64,000 bases of DNA from positions 62,001-126,000 of the forward strand of contig MEDY01000003.1 of the NCBI GenBank assembly GCA_001724265.1. The letters run 5' to 3'. The DNA is from Rhizaria sp. SCN 62-66 (Eukaryota). Under the pieces are notes generated by a model. It saw only the letters and a program-made list of their open reading frames with translations. It was not told the origin of the DNA and did not search any database. Both the position numbers and the translations under genes were made by a program. Position 1 is the stretch's first letter. Every line of letters starts with the position of its first letter. This document shows, one piece after another, positions 15,001-27,500 of the stretch.

Positions 15001-18000
15001 AGCAGTGACACTGCCAGTGCGAGCGTAGCGAGCACGGCGCGATGAGAGTGATGATGCTGCCGCTGACAATGGTGGTGATGGCATCGACACAGACGGATCA
15101 GGAGATGCACCACCGGGCATCTGCGGCATTGCGACCGCATCGTTCTGGCCACCGATGTGTTTCGGCGATGTCGCTGCACCGAAAGACTGTGTTTTGCTAG
15201 CAGTGTTAGATGTCGATGCAGTCGTATCACCGTCGCCGCCCATCCAGCCACTGGCGGCCACGAGCCTCTCACAGTATGGCGGCGGAGTCCTAAGAAAGGA
15301 CGCGACTGCAACTTTGTGCAGCACACGGCGACGGTGAATGCGTTGGACCTCGCGGGCCAGTTCAGGCAGAGACTGAAAACGAGCATCAAGCTGGTTGAGT
15401 CGGCGCAGTACGGTGATGCTGTACTCGCGATCATCTACACCAGCACCGGAAAGAAGGAAAAATGCTGCAACCTCAGAGATAGTGAAGCGAAAGCCTTCAT
15501 CCGTTGTTGTGCTAAAAAGTGCAGCTTCGTCATCTGTGGTTCGCTTAATATCGCCCTGTTGCTGATGCTTTCCTTGGGTTTGGTGGCGTTGGATGGAGTT
15601 ACTGCTCTGACCACCAAAGGTTGGATGTGATGAGCCAAACCAAGTGACAGGCATCGCACCTACAGCGTCAGGGGCGGTGTTGAACGTAAAACCAACCTCG
15701 TCCACCTTGGTGCCATCTTTATTGTTTTTGTTGGCGTTCTTCAGCGTAGTCCAGAGTGGAATGGCAGGGGCCGGAGCCCTGTTGCTAAACAGTGAGCACT
15801 TGGATGAGGAGAAGAACGCCCGAACACGCGCGACCCTTTGCATGAACGCGTTTTGCAGCGCAGTGATGTCGCGCACAAGGTGCACGAATGACCGCTTACG
15901 CACACCGCATGCAAGGCCGAGGCGCTTGGCAGCAGTATGCGCGCGCGCAGAGCGCCAGAGGTTGCGAAGATGGAAAAGTAGCACTGCAGAGCTCCCACCA
16001 GCAGCTGCAACGAGCACATCAATGTGGGCAAGCGACAGCCAACCGCCGGCAGCGGCAGACCGGGCGACCTCTGTGGAGACACGCGTCGCCCACGCAGAGC
16101 GCAGGGCCGGAGATAGGAAGCCAGTAAAGCGGCCGCATGTGGCACACAGTGTCCCTGGAACCCCAGACTCGGAAGTAAGCGGCGATATCGCTGGGAACGG
16201 GTGAGAGAACACAGGCGTGGTCAGCACAGTCACTCCGCCCCTCTGTTGCTCCTTTTTTGCCGTGCTTGAAACAGAAACAGAGAAGCATGGAGGTTTGATC
16301 GCAGCCTCCGCCGCAGTCATTGCCTGATAGTCAGGCTTTGAGATCGAGTTGCGCTGCTGGGGTGGATGCGAGGCGCAGTCGCAGCGACGCATCATCACGG
16401 AACAGTCGAACGCGGCGGCTTGCGCGGTAGATACGCCGCCATGACGCATGAGACGGCGCAGTGAAGCGGACGCGCGGTGTTGTTGTTTCAGAGCATGATG
16501 GGGTGACTGTGACAAATCACCCTGTTGACTTTGAGATTGCACCAAGTTTGACTGCTGCTCAAGGGCCGAGAGGGAGAGCGCGTATGGATCAGGCACCGGT
16601 GACAGCAAAGAGTCAGCGCCAACAAGATAGACGTCGAGCCACACAGGCTCTAGCTCAAACTCAAACGCACTGAAATCATGCTCGTCGTCAGCCTCGTCGT
16701 TAGTGCCACCGGCGTCAGAGCCGGCGCGACTTGAGCTGATCTCAAAAGAGTTGTTGACACTGTTAAGACTGCCGTTACTGCTGCTACTGTTCATCGTGTC
16801 GCCGTGATCGTTGCTACCTGCGAGATAGCGACGGCGATTGTCTCCGTCACGTTCACTGTCGTCGTCGTCGTCGTCGTTGTCGTCACCATCCTCATCGTCG
16901 TCGTCGCTGTCGTAGTCGCTTTCGCTCTCAGGCACGGCCCCCGTGGGGCTCCGCAAACTGCTAGTATTACTGCGACTACTATCCTGCGCTCGTAACTGAG
17001 GCTTGATCGGTGACTGAGATTGTGCAGGAACAGGAGTGTTGTACGCCGCGTTGCCTGTCGGCGTCAACAGTGCCTCGCGCCGCCTCTCTTCCTCCTGCTT
17101 CTGCCTCCGACCAGCCTTACCGGCAGTGGCCACAGCGCTGCCACCCGTGGCGGCCACGGCTGCCGCAGCCGCAGCGGCAGCGGCAGCAGTGCGCGCACCC
17201 TTGACCGGACGCGCGCATGCAACATGACGCATGCGGACAGCGGTGACAAGCTCTTTTGCGGTTGCAAAGCGTTGCCCAGCAACCGACAATGCCCACAAGT
17301 GCACTAGAGCGTGAGGACCTGCGGAGATAGGTTCAGAGAGGAGCTGAGTGAGACGGCAGCGCTCAGCAGCGGCAGCGGCAGCAGCAGCTGCTGCGGTTGC
17401 CGCGGCCGCCAGAGCTGACGGGCTCGATGGCGTCATCGTCGGCAGAGCGTTTGCATTGGCATTGCTGCCAGACGCTGTCGTGTTGACGCTGACGTCATCA
17501 ATGTCAGCGTTCGCGCTGCCATTCTTGGGACTGTGGTAACACATCGCAGCAACGTCGCGCGAGCCGATAACCCCGGACTGCAGGGCTGCCGGCGTGAACA
17601 GCATGCATGGTTCCAAAGACTTAAGCGGCACCGTGGACGCGCCCGGCAGAGCAAGCAAGCCGCCGTCGTGAGCTGAGGCAGAGCTCGCGCCGTGTGTCAA
17701 ATACTGCAGCATCTCACTGCGTGTCGAGAGATGGATCTGATGCAACCTGCGCACCGCAAGCGCTAGGTGTGAGAGTGACGGGAAGACAAGCCGCCTCTGC
17801 CACAGGGACCGCAGGTAGGGGAGGCATAGCGAGCCGGCGCGGGACCGCTCCAGCAGCAGAGTCACCTGCTCGGGGGTCGGGAACAGCGGTGCAGAAGCCA
17901 CTGTAAGATCCAATGACGCATCACTAGCGCTGGTGACCGCAGCGTGGTTCTTCGCAATTGCAGCGTCATCAGAGCGGTCGTTGCTGCTGTTCGGATTGTT

Positions 18001-20960
18001 GCGGCCACTGTTGGTCACGGAGACAGTCCCGTTCCAGTACCCGTGCGCAGTGTCATCCACGTCCACGTTCAGCACAGTCGGCTGCGGCAGAGTGAGGCCG
18101 AGGGATACAGCGCGGTTCCAGCCCACGGGCGCCCCGGCATTACTAGCGCCAGCGCCGAAGCGCGAGTCAGGACTGGATGCGTTGATGGGTGACCCGTTCT
18201 TGTGCTCGTGACCGTTATTGTCGTCGTGTCCGTTCGGGCTTCTGAAATGATATGAATCACCTAACGTGTTGTCCTTGACATCGTTGTGGTTCCCGTTGCT
18301 GCCATCGCCGTAAATTGGCGTGGGGGCAACAAAGAACATCGAAAGGTTGATCTTCTTTCCGTCACCATTCGCCGAAGCAGCAGCATTTGTGTTGCTGGTG
18401 CTGTCAGAGTCTGCTGCGTTTGCCGCGCTTGCAAAGGCAGAAACCGCAGTAGCTGGAGGAGCAATCAGAGCCGCCCCAATAGGGCTAGCCAAGAACAGCC
18501 TCAGCTCTTCCTTGCACTTGACGATGTGGCGATGAGCCTCGGCCGCGTTGCTGTACCGGCGACCCGCCGCCCTCGCTTCTTCGACGAACGTTGCAAGCTC
18601 TGCAGAGGTAATACCGGAGGTGACAATCGCCTCGATATCACTGCTCGTAGCCTGCAACTGTGCCACGGCCGGGGGTAGCCCGTACAAACTGTCGATGCTG
18701 ACAGCAAACCGAGGGCGCGTGGCGTCCTCCGCGGCCAGAGCGGGCGCCAGTAGAATAGCTTCGTCAGGAGAGGCTGCAGCAGCTTCGCGAAGAACGCTGG
18801 CTGTCGGGGGCGGGCCACGCAGGCCAGCAAGAACCTACAGAGGAGTAGAAAAAAGAGCAAATGAGCTCAATGATAGAAGATGGTGTGCTTATACCGAAAT
18901 AAATCAAAGAATCCATATCGAGAGTAAATGGTGTGAGATATAACAAGAAATAAGATACGTACCTGTGAGAACGACTGCGGGGGTTCGGTCCCGGCGGCGG
19001 CGACCGAGAGCGTGAACCGCCGCGGCGGCGGGTCCGCGGACTCCGGCACGAACGGGCCCGTGTACGGCCTGACACCCTTGGCCAGCGCAGCAGACTCAAG
19101 CAACTTGAGATGGTGATGCAGCGAGCTTGAAGACGGACGGCTGCTATCGTGCACACTCTCCGTAGACGCAGCTGCAGTCGAGTCGGATGATATCGAGCTC
19201 GGAGCAAATGTAACAGTCTTATTATGCTCTGCATGGGGTCCTTGTTGCTTCATACTACTAGCTGCAGTCTTTGGCATGCTGAACGTCTGAGAGTTGGTCT
19301 TGGTGTTTACGTTGTTGACACGCGCGCGCACCTCTGACCCCAGAGCACGCAGCTCAAGAGCGACGGGGTCAAAGCGCGGCAGCGGCTCGCGCACAAGCGG
19401 CTTGATGTTGATCTCGACATCATCGCCAACGGTGCTACGATATGATTGCGTCTGGGAATCGGAGTTATCATGACTCGACTCAACAGGCTGGCGGTGCAAC
19501 AGCGCAGCGTAGTTCGGGGTGAGCCTGTCCGTCACAGCGGCAGCCATTGGAGTGAGTTGCGGACCGTGGGCCGCAGCAGATGTGGACGACGACGAGCGCG
19601 GCCTCCCAGAGTTGCTGCTGTCTTGGGTCTGATTCTCTGCCGCCGCCGACGACACGGCAAACTGTGACGCAAGCGACGGGTTCGGCGCAAAGTTGTGCAC
19701 AGCGACAGAAGCTTTACTGGCACCACGACTCGGCGCACGGGCGACGCCACTGCCACTCGCTGCAGACGCGTCAGCACTAGTGTCGACGGTAACGTTATGC
19801 GCGGAGTGCGCTGTGCCAGGGCGGCGCACGCCGCTGGGGGTGACGTAGAATGGCGAGCTCTTGTTGACCGAGTGCATCAGCAGCACTGGTGACGCAGACC
19901 GGCCGCCCGCGCCTCCCGCACCACTACCGCTAGAGCTTGAGGACTGCGCAACAGGGACAAGCTGATGCGGCGGCACGCGCAGAAACGCGTTGCTGCTGCC
20001 GCTGAACGCACTGTAGCTAGCGCCCGCGTCGCGTTGCAGCTGCGACGGCGACTGTAGCGGCGCGTTCTGCTCGAGATTAATGGCGCTCTCGCGCATGCGG
20101 GTGAGCGCGCCGAGCCCATTCTCCTCTGCCACGGCGCGGTGGGCCGCGATAGAGTCCGGCGCAGCGGCGCTGAGCGTCGGAGACATGCCCACCGTAGTGC
20201 CAGCAGCGCTAGTGCTCGAAACAGCAGGGTTCGCGGCGGCGCCGTAGTTGCCATTGGTGCTATTGTTGGCTGAGACCGAGCGGGACGCCACGCGCGGCGT
20301 GTTCCGGACCGAGCCGGGCTGCGCGATCACGCCCGGCGCGGCCACACCCGTGGTGGGTTTCAAGGGCTGACCCATGTACGTGTACCCCGGCGCGTCGGCG
20401 TTGTAGATCACGGGGAGCTTGCTCGCGTGCGTCTCGTGGCGACGCGCGCCGGCAAAGCTGCTGTAGGGCGACGCGCTGCGCAGATGCGGGGACGCGCCGG
20501 CGCTTGTGGGGGGCGGGCCGTCGACGGCCAGATTGGCGCTGCTGCTGCTGCCACTCCTGGTGTGACCGGCGTTAGCGTTGTTGTTGTGTGGAGGGTGCGG
20601 GAAAGTGTCGACAGCAGGGGTGGGGCCGCTGTAGTCGCCCGTGGGCGCCGCAAAAAGCGGGAACTCGTCGTATCCGTGGCTGCTGCCACTGCTGCTGGAG
20701 CCGCTGCTGCTGCTGCCGCCGCTGGCGATGCTGTCATGCTGAGGGCCCTGGCCCTCTGACGGGGTGTGCTCCGCCGAAGAGGGGAACTCGCCAGCTATGG
20801 CGGCGTCGCGAGCCTCAAGAGTGTTTGGGAGGAGAATCCGCGGGACGGCAAGGTTGCGGCGTGCGGAGTGACCTGGCGGTGGCGAGAGTGCGGAAGAGGA
20901 GACCGCGAAGGTGCCTTGGCCAGGGGGCTCGGACCCCGCTGGGAGCGGCTGAGGAAACAT
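1..20960 (-). CDS. Giant hypothetical protein, >=6,944 aa, 3'-truncated by the window edge; exons 20960-18963 and 18834-<1
   Basis: ATG at 20960 (MFPQPLPAG). Phase-0 intron 18962-18835 (CAG|GTACGT...CTGTAG|GTT). The ORF track lists no terminated ORF in the exon-2 frame anywhere in 1-18834, which implies the frame is open to the window edge; spot translations (YGFTATHLVSASLLMLQPVQRYFNWRKQRYF; LLSVYLRHLALHDVTYPHIA) are stop-free and protein-like. Ala/Ser-rich with acidic and Lys-rich tracts; no domain recognised. Confidence 0.85.
202..258 (-). repeat. Lys-rich KKN/KKD coding repeat (RKKNKKDKKDKKKNKKDKR) in the giant protein
   Basis: Imperfect 9-nt AAGAAG(G/A)A(C/T) units read on the minus strand. 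Confidence 0.7.
18835..18962 (-). other. Spliceosomal intron (128 nt) of the giant gene
   Basis: GTACGT donor, AT-rich body, pyrimidine tract ending CTGTAG; joins two long open frames in phase 0. Confidence 0.85.
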
Positions 20961-21581
20961 GCTCGTGGGGAGCACTAGTGTGCACTCAAGAGATTTTTGT
21001 GGAGCTAAAGGTGTAGAAAAGTAGTGCTTTAATTCAGATAAATAACCAAAAAATGCTATGCTAAGTGAGAGATTGTCAGGGCGTGAGAATAAAAAAGCTC
21101 TGCTCAAAGGGGCGCGTTACCCGGTCAAATTTCGAGAGTGCGTTGGAGCTGATACTTTCGCTCTTATGAGTGCATATTCAAAGTACAAAAATATAATGCA
21201 GTTAAAATATAGCGAGTGAAATCCCAGCTGTGTTGACGGTCTTTAGCGTTCTATGCATATTCTTGAAATCGGGGCTGTCGTCCCACAGTCACTCTCGGTG
21301 CGCGCGGGAACAAGACAGAGGCAGACGGGCGGTTACTCGAGCGTGATCGTAGAACACAAAAGCAAGGAAAATGTTATTAAGAAGAAATAGAGTATGTGTA
21401 TTAATACGGTCTGAGTATAAAACTTGTAACGAACAATATCTTGAATAAACTTTTTTTAGTCATAAACTGAAGCGAAGCACAGTGTCCCTACGTCGTAATA
21501 CAAATCGAACTGCCTTTGAACAAAACTGAATTACACGGACAGCTGTGTTACGAACAGGAAGCACCGCGACGCACTGCTCAT

Positions 21582-24500
21582 TTACGTGTCAAGCTGGCAG
21601 AGCAGCGCGACACCGCGCTTGACCCAGTGGCGTTCCTCCTTCTCGCTGGGGAGGTTAATGGCGATGATGTAGTTGCTCGACTGGCCGAGCGTGGTGAGCA
21701 CGCCGTGGCGCGCGCTCGTCTTGTACACGGGGCACGCGTACGCCAGCCGATTAGCGCTGATCTTGCGTGTCTCGCGCGGCTGCAGCCAGATGACGGGCAT
21801 GTCCGAGTAGAGCTGCCGCGGCTGGGGCTCGGCGAGCACGCCGCCCACGTAGGCCTGCGCCGACTGCGCCGACGTCGTCTGGCCCTGCGCCTGCAGGATC
21901 GCGCCCTGGCTCGAGTCCCAGCGCGCGCCCTCGAGGAAGAGGCCGTGGATGTAGCACCCGTCGGCGGGCGGCACGGGGTGGTCGGCCGCGATGTGTGGCA
22001 TCACTTGGAAGTCGAACGAGATTGCGTCGATCGCGATCTTGTACTTGCGCGCGTAGTTCTGCAGTACGCCGGTGAGGAATGACTGCGTGAAGAAGAAGCC
22101 CGAGAACCAGAACACCGAGGGCGCGACGCCGCGGTCGACCCACGTGGCGAACATGTCGATGCGGCGCTTCAGATCCGCAACCCAGGGACCCAGCGGCTTG
22201 CGCGACGGGTACGCGCTCTCGGCCCACAGCGCCGGCACCTTGGCGTCGTACATGTCGCTCGCCATGCTGTCGAGCTTGCCGGACATGACGATCTCGCCCT
22301 TGAGCGCGCGCTGCAGGTCGCGCAGCGACGAGCGTACAACGTTGAGCAGCTTATTGTAGCGCTGCAGCTCCTGCACCAGGACAGTGTTCATGCTGTCGTC
22401 GTACGACACGGGGAACTTGGCGGCGACGTGCTGCAGGTCGAATGGCGCCGGGATCGCCAGCTCCATCTCGGCCGCCATCGACGCCACCGTACGGTCGCGG
22501 TCGCTCACCACGGCGTGGCCGCCCTGCGCGGCGTCGTCCTTGCTTTCCTCCGACGCACTCGCGCTCGCGGCAGCGGCGGCGGCGGCGGCGGCGGTCGCGG
22601 CGGCCTCCTTCTCCTTCTCAGCCGCGTGCGCCGCGGCGGAGGCGGCGGCGGCCGAGTTGGCGGGCGGCGGCGCCGACACCGCGTGCTGCTGCACCGTGAG
22701 GGCCCACTCGAAGAGAGTCTGCGCCTCGCTGATGGCGACGGTGATGTTGACGTTCTCGTGCAGTCCGAACACCTCGGCGCTGTCCTCGGCGGGCAGGTTG
22801 CGCACGTGCTGTCGGATGCGACGCAGGTCCGCGCCGGGCGGCGGCACCGGGTAGCTCGCCGTGGGCGCGGCGGGCGCGGGGGCGGCCCCAGCGGCTCCGG
22901 CGGCACCGGCGGCCGCGGAGGCGCCAGTGATGGTCGGGGGCAGCATCGCGCGCGCGGCGGCGACGGCAGAGGCGGCCGCGGAGGTCGAGGTCGTGGGGCA
23001 GTCGAACGAGTACTGGTCGTCAGAAACGACATACTCGTTGATGTGGTCGTCGAGCATGACGCTCAGGCAGCGGCGGTCCCAGTCGTCGGTGACGCGGCCG
23101 CCGTAGTTGAGCTGGCCAATGAGGTAGCGCAGCGCCTTGTAAGGTGGCGCGTCGTACATGTTGACAAACTCCTTGAGCTGAAGCTTGGAGATGGCCAGGT
23201 CGCCCTCAGTGAACTGGTAGTGGATGTTCCACCCCATAGGACCGAACTTGCGGCGCTCCTGCACCACGGCGTGGAAGAAGCACAACCCGTAGAAGAGCTT
23301 CTTGAGCTCCTCGGGGCGCTTCGCGTCCTCGACCCAGTCGTTGGCGCCGGGGGTAACGCCGAAGCCGCGGAAGGACTGCAGCACGTTGGCGCGGATGCCC
23401 TTAGGCGGCTCGTTGGCCATCTTGATGCCGTTCTGCAGCACAGACGCGGGGAAGTCGGCCGAGGGCATCGAGGTGAGCCAGAGTCGGAAGGTCGGGCCCG
23501 CGGTCGACGGGTTGAGCTCGTCGACGATCTTGTGCAGCATGGGGAGCCACTTGACAAGGAGGTGGCAGTTCTGCAGCAGCACCCAGCTGCCGCGGTCGAC
23601 GGCCTCGCGGATAGCGGCCTCGGCCAGCGGGCCCTGGCCCTGGCCGAGCGAGATGCGGATGAACTTGTCCGGCGTGTTCATGCCCTTTTGCTCTGCCAGC
23701 GAGATGATGTCCTTGATCGGGTCGACACCCTGCGAGAGCAGGAAGATGAGCGGCGTCACGGGGTCCGAGTCGGCGAACGCACTGGCGAGGTCGAACATCG
23801 GCGGGTTGACGAAGTCTGCGCCGATCTGATCCGAGACGAATGTGCGGACGCCTGCCACGAGCTTATCCGGGCGGAACACGCGCAGCAACACGAGGCGGTG
23901 CAGCGGTGCCGTGAGCACGCGGCCCCACGCGCCGGGCATCGCGCACCGGTACGGGTCAGGATGCTCGGCGAACGCGCGCCACAGCTTGAGGTTCTCGCTG
24001 AAGTGACGCACGATGCCCGTGAAGGCCGGGAGGCGGTCCAGCTCGAGCAGCTGCAGCCACGCGATGTCGGGCAGCCACTTGTCCGCAGACGCGGGGGCGT
24101 GGCCCGCGGCAGCCTCGCGCTGCTCCTTGTCGCCCACGTCGAGCGCGGTCACGGAGCGGCGGCGGGTCGAGACGGCGTCGCGCAGAGTGTTGTCCGCCGC
24201 GGCGCCTGGCGCGGCCGCCTTCTGCTGCGCCTGCGACTTGGTCGCAGAGCCGGTGGGGTTGGGCGGCACGCCCGCGGGGTCGACGACCGAGGCGCCGCCG
24301 GTGAGGAGAAAGCGCAGCTCACGGTCGTCGACCTCGCCGCGGCCGTTAAGCAGGCGCAGCGTGAGCATGAGCGAGAAGAGCAGCTTGTGGCGCTCGTACA
24401 AAGACATGGAGATAGCGTTGTAGAGCAGGTGGATGAATGTGTTCTGGATGTTCTTGATGCGAATCAAGGACGAGCTGGACGGGTTCGCCTCCTGCATCGC

Positions 24501-27500
24501 CTTGTGGAACACGGCCTGGTACCAGCGCAGCGAGTTCTGGTACATGGGGTCGATCTGCGCGAGGTCCTGCACGCAGAAGAACAGGTTCGACACGACGGCT
24601 GCCAATGGCTGGTACTCGGTGCGCGTCTTAGCGATGTTCTCCTGCATGCGCGCGGCATCGGCCATGCGCTTCTCAATCAGACGAGAGGCCTGCTTGGACT
24701 TCTGCAGCGTATTGACGAGATCCTCGTCGTCGAGCAGGTGACCGGCGGACTTGAGCAGGTGGTCGAGAATCTTATCCTCGATCATCGCGAGCTGGCGCTG
24801 GTTTTCGGCCGACTTGAGCACGAGCTCGTTGCGCGTCTGCTCCGTGTCGGGATCGTCGTGGCGCACGGCGCGGCCGAGCATCTGGTCCTCCAAGCCCTCG
24901 GGCGTGACCATGAAGTTGATGATGGTCACTGACGTCGAAGTCTCGGGCTTGAACACGGGGTTGCTGAGCTTGGTCGTGATGTAGAGACGGAAGTTCTCGT
25001 TGTACTCGATAATCTCAGCGCCGAAACGAAGCATCGTGCGGTTGGACTGGCGGAACGTGTTCTTGTTGAGCAGAGGGTCAAGAGCAGGGTCGACGACGGA
25101 GCCGACGTTCTCGATCATCACAGGTGCGCCCTCGGTGATCGCGAGCGACAGCGTGCGCATGAACTGGTCGTCAGTCATCTTGATCACGCGCAGTGCCTGC
25201 GGGGCGCCACCGGTCTGCGCAGCAACGGCAGCCGCGAAGTCGGCCTCCATGCTGCGGATCCACTTGGACGCCTGCTCCTGCGGGTCGATGAGCAACGGGA
25301 AGCGGAGCGCCTTGGTGAGGATGATGGCGTTGTCGGTCGAGAAGTCGTCCTTGGGCAGCGACTGGATGCCCCACTTGCGGATGAGCACGGGGTCGCCGAG
25401 CACGCGGTGCAGCGAGAAGTCCGCGTCGCACGCGATGTGGCGCTTCTGGAGCTCAGACACCCAATTCTTGAGGCAGCGGTCGCGGAACGCGAGTGTGAAG
25501 GGGCCCAGGAAGGCGATGGCACCAGATGACAGCATGATGTTACCGACGACATTGTGGTAGTCGGCAGCGAGCTGCGTGGCGCGCTCAAGCCAGCGGTCCT
25601 TTTCGTTGCGAAGCCCGGAGACGAGCTTCTCGGCGCGGTCAAGGCGGGCAGAGCATTCGGCAACCTGCATCTCGAGCGACTTCTTCTTGTGCGAGGCCAT
25701 CTCGTACTGGTTGTTAAGGTCGTCAAGCAGCGTCTGGATGTCCTGCAGCTCCTGGTTCTTGGCGGCGAGGTTGGCCCGGACCGTGAGCAAGGACTGCTCG
25801 GCCTGCTCCAGTGCGATGCGCTTCGGCAACACCTGCTTGTTGATGCGGTCGTACACCTCCATGGCGATGACCCAGCGGCAGAACTTCTCCGCCGCGAACG
25901 ACGAGTGTGCGATCTTGCTGGGCGCGAAGTCGGGGTTGTCCGTGAAAGGACGGATGCGGTTAATGACGCTGTTAGGAATGTTATCCTTGTCGTAGTTGGT
26001 CATGCGCTTAATCAGCTGCGTGTCGGACAGCAGCTTCTTGCGGCACGGCTCCCAGTAGTCATCCGTCTTGGAGCCGACCTGGCCGACCTTGTGAGGCTCA
26101 ACGCCGAACATAATACACAGCGCCTGCGCAGTGAGCAGGATACCGGGCGTGGGGGCCTTCATGACCTTAAGCTCATCAATCGCGTGCCTCGTGAGCACCT
26201 TGAGTGCCTTGAGCGCCTGGTTAACGGCAGGCATGGCAAGCGCGAGCTGAGTCTCGCACTCCTCCTTGATCTTGCTGGCGATCTCAGCCTGCTCGTTGCA
26301 CTCGGCCTCTTCGGCGGCAACGATCTTGCGCGTCTCAGCGACCTGGGCGGACTGCTCCTCGATGGTCTTGATCAGCGTCTGTGTCTCCTTGCTCGACTCG
26401 ATGAGCTGCGGTTGGAGCTGTTCGAGCTGCACCTGCATGTCCTTGACGAGCAGCGCAGTCTCGTTGAGCTTGGTGAGACCGGTCTCGTACTTGTGCTGCG
26501 AGGCCGAAATCTCGCTGCGCTTGGACTCGAAGAGCGAGCGGAAGACCTGGATGAGCGACAGGTACGACGTGGGCGTGACGTAGTTGACACGCTTCAGCGA
26601 CGCCTCGAAGTCGGCAGAGAGCTTCAGCGCGGACTCCTGCATCGTGACGCAGATGTCGACGAGGCCGGACTTAAGCTGCGCGTCGAGGTCAATGTCGCGG
26701 AGGAAGCGCGTGGCGACCGTCTGCAGTGCGACTGAGGACCAGGGGTGGAACCAGTCGATCGTGGTGCAGTTGACGAGCGAAGGGTACATGCGCAGACGGT
26801 TGCGGAACGACTCGCCAACGGGCGACATGCACACGACGACGTGCACGTTGTGGCGGCAGCGCTCGACGAAGAAGTTAAACACGGACGCGTTGGACTCGGC
26901 TTTGCCAGCCTTACGGGCGTCGGGGAGCACCTGCTCGATGATGGGCATGTAGTCCTCGAGCGGGAAGAGGTTGGGCACCTCACCGTTGTTCAGAATGTTG
27001 TTGATATCCTCAAGGAAGCTCTCGTGCTTAATCTGAGCGTCGGAGATCAGGAACGCGATGGGCTTGTTCTGGATACCAGCCTTGCGCATGACATCACGAA
27101 GGTCGTCGCGCCACTCGTTCACGGAGTACGCCTTGGTGAGCGAGACCTGGAACAGAGTGTAGCCGCCGATGAAGGCGGCGAGCTTGGTCAGCGACTGCTT
27201 GCCCGAGCCGCCCATGCCGACCAGCAGCGCGTTGCCGAACGGCTGGCGAATGATGCGGCTAATGCGCGACACGTGCTCGATGGCGTCCTGGAAAAGCACG
27301 AGCGTCATCTTGGTGCGCTCGAACGCGGCGTAATCAGCCAGGTAGCCCTCAAGCACGGTGCCAAGCTCGCCCATATCCTTGACGGCACTGTACTGCTTCT
27401 TTGTGACACGAGGGTTAGTGAAGTCGGCGTAGAGCGAGCGAGACAGAGCGGACAGACGCTCGCCGGGGATGCCGGTCTCAGTCTCGGCCGCCATCGTGCG

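Noticed and set aside
4-18943. Many short ORFs on both strands in the first 19 kb, which might suggest a pseudogene or non-coding DNA
   Set aside because: Explained as off-frame or antisense shadows of one long open minus-strand exon.
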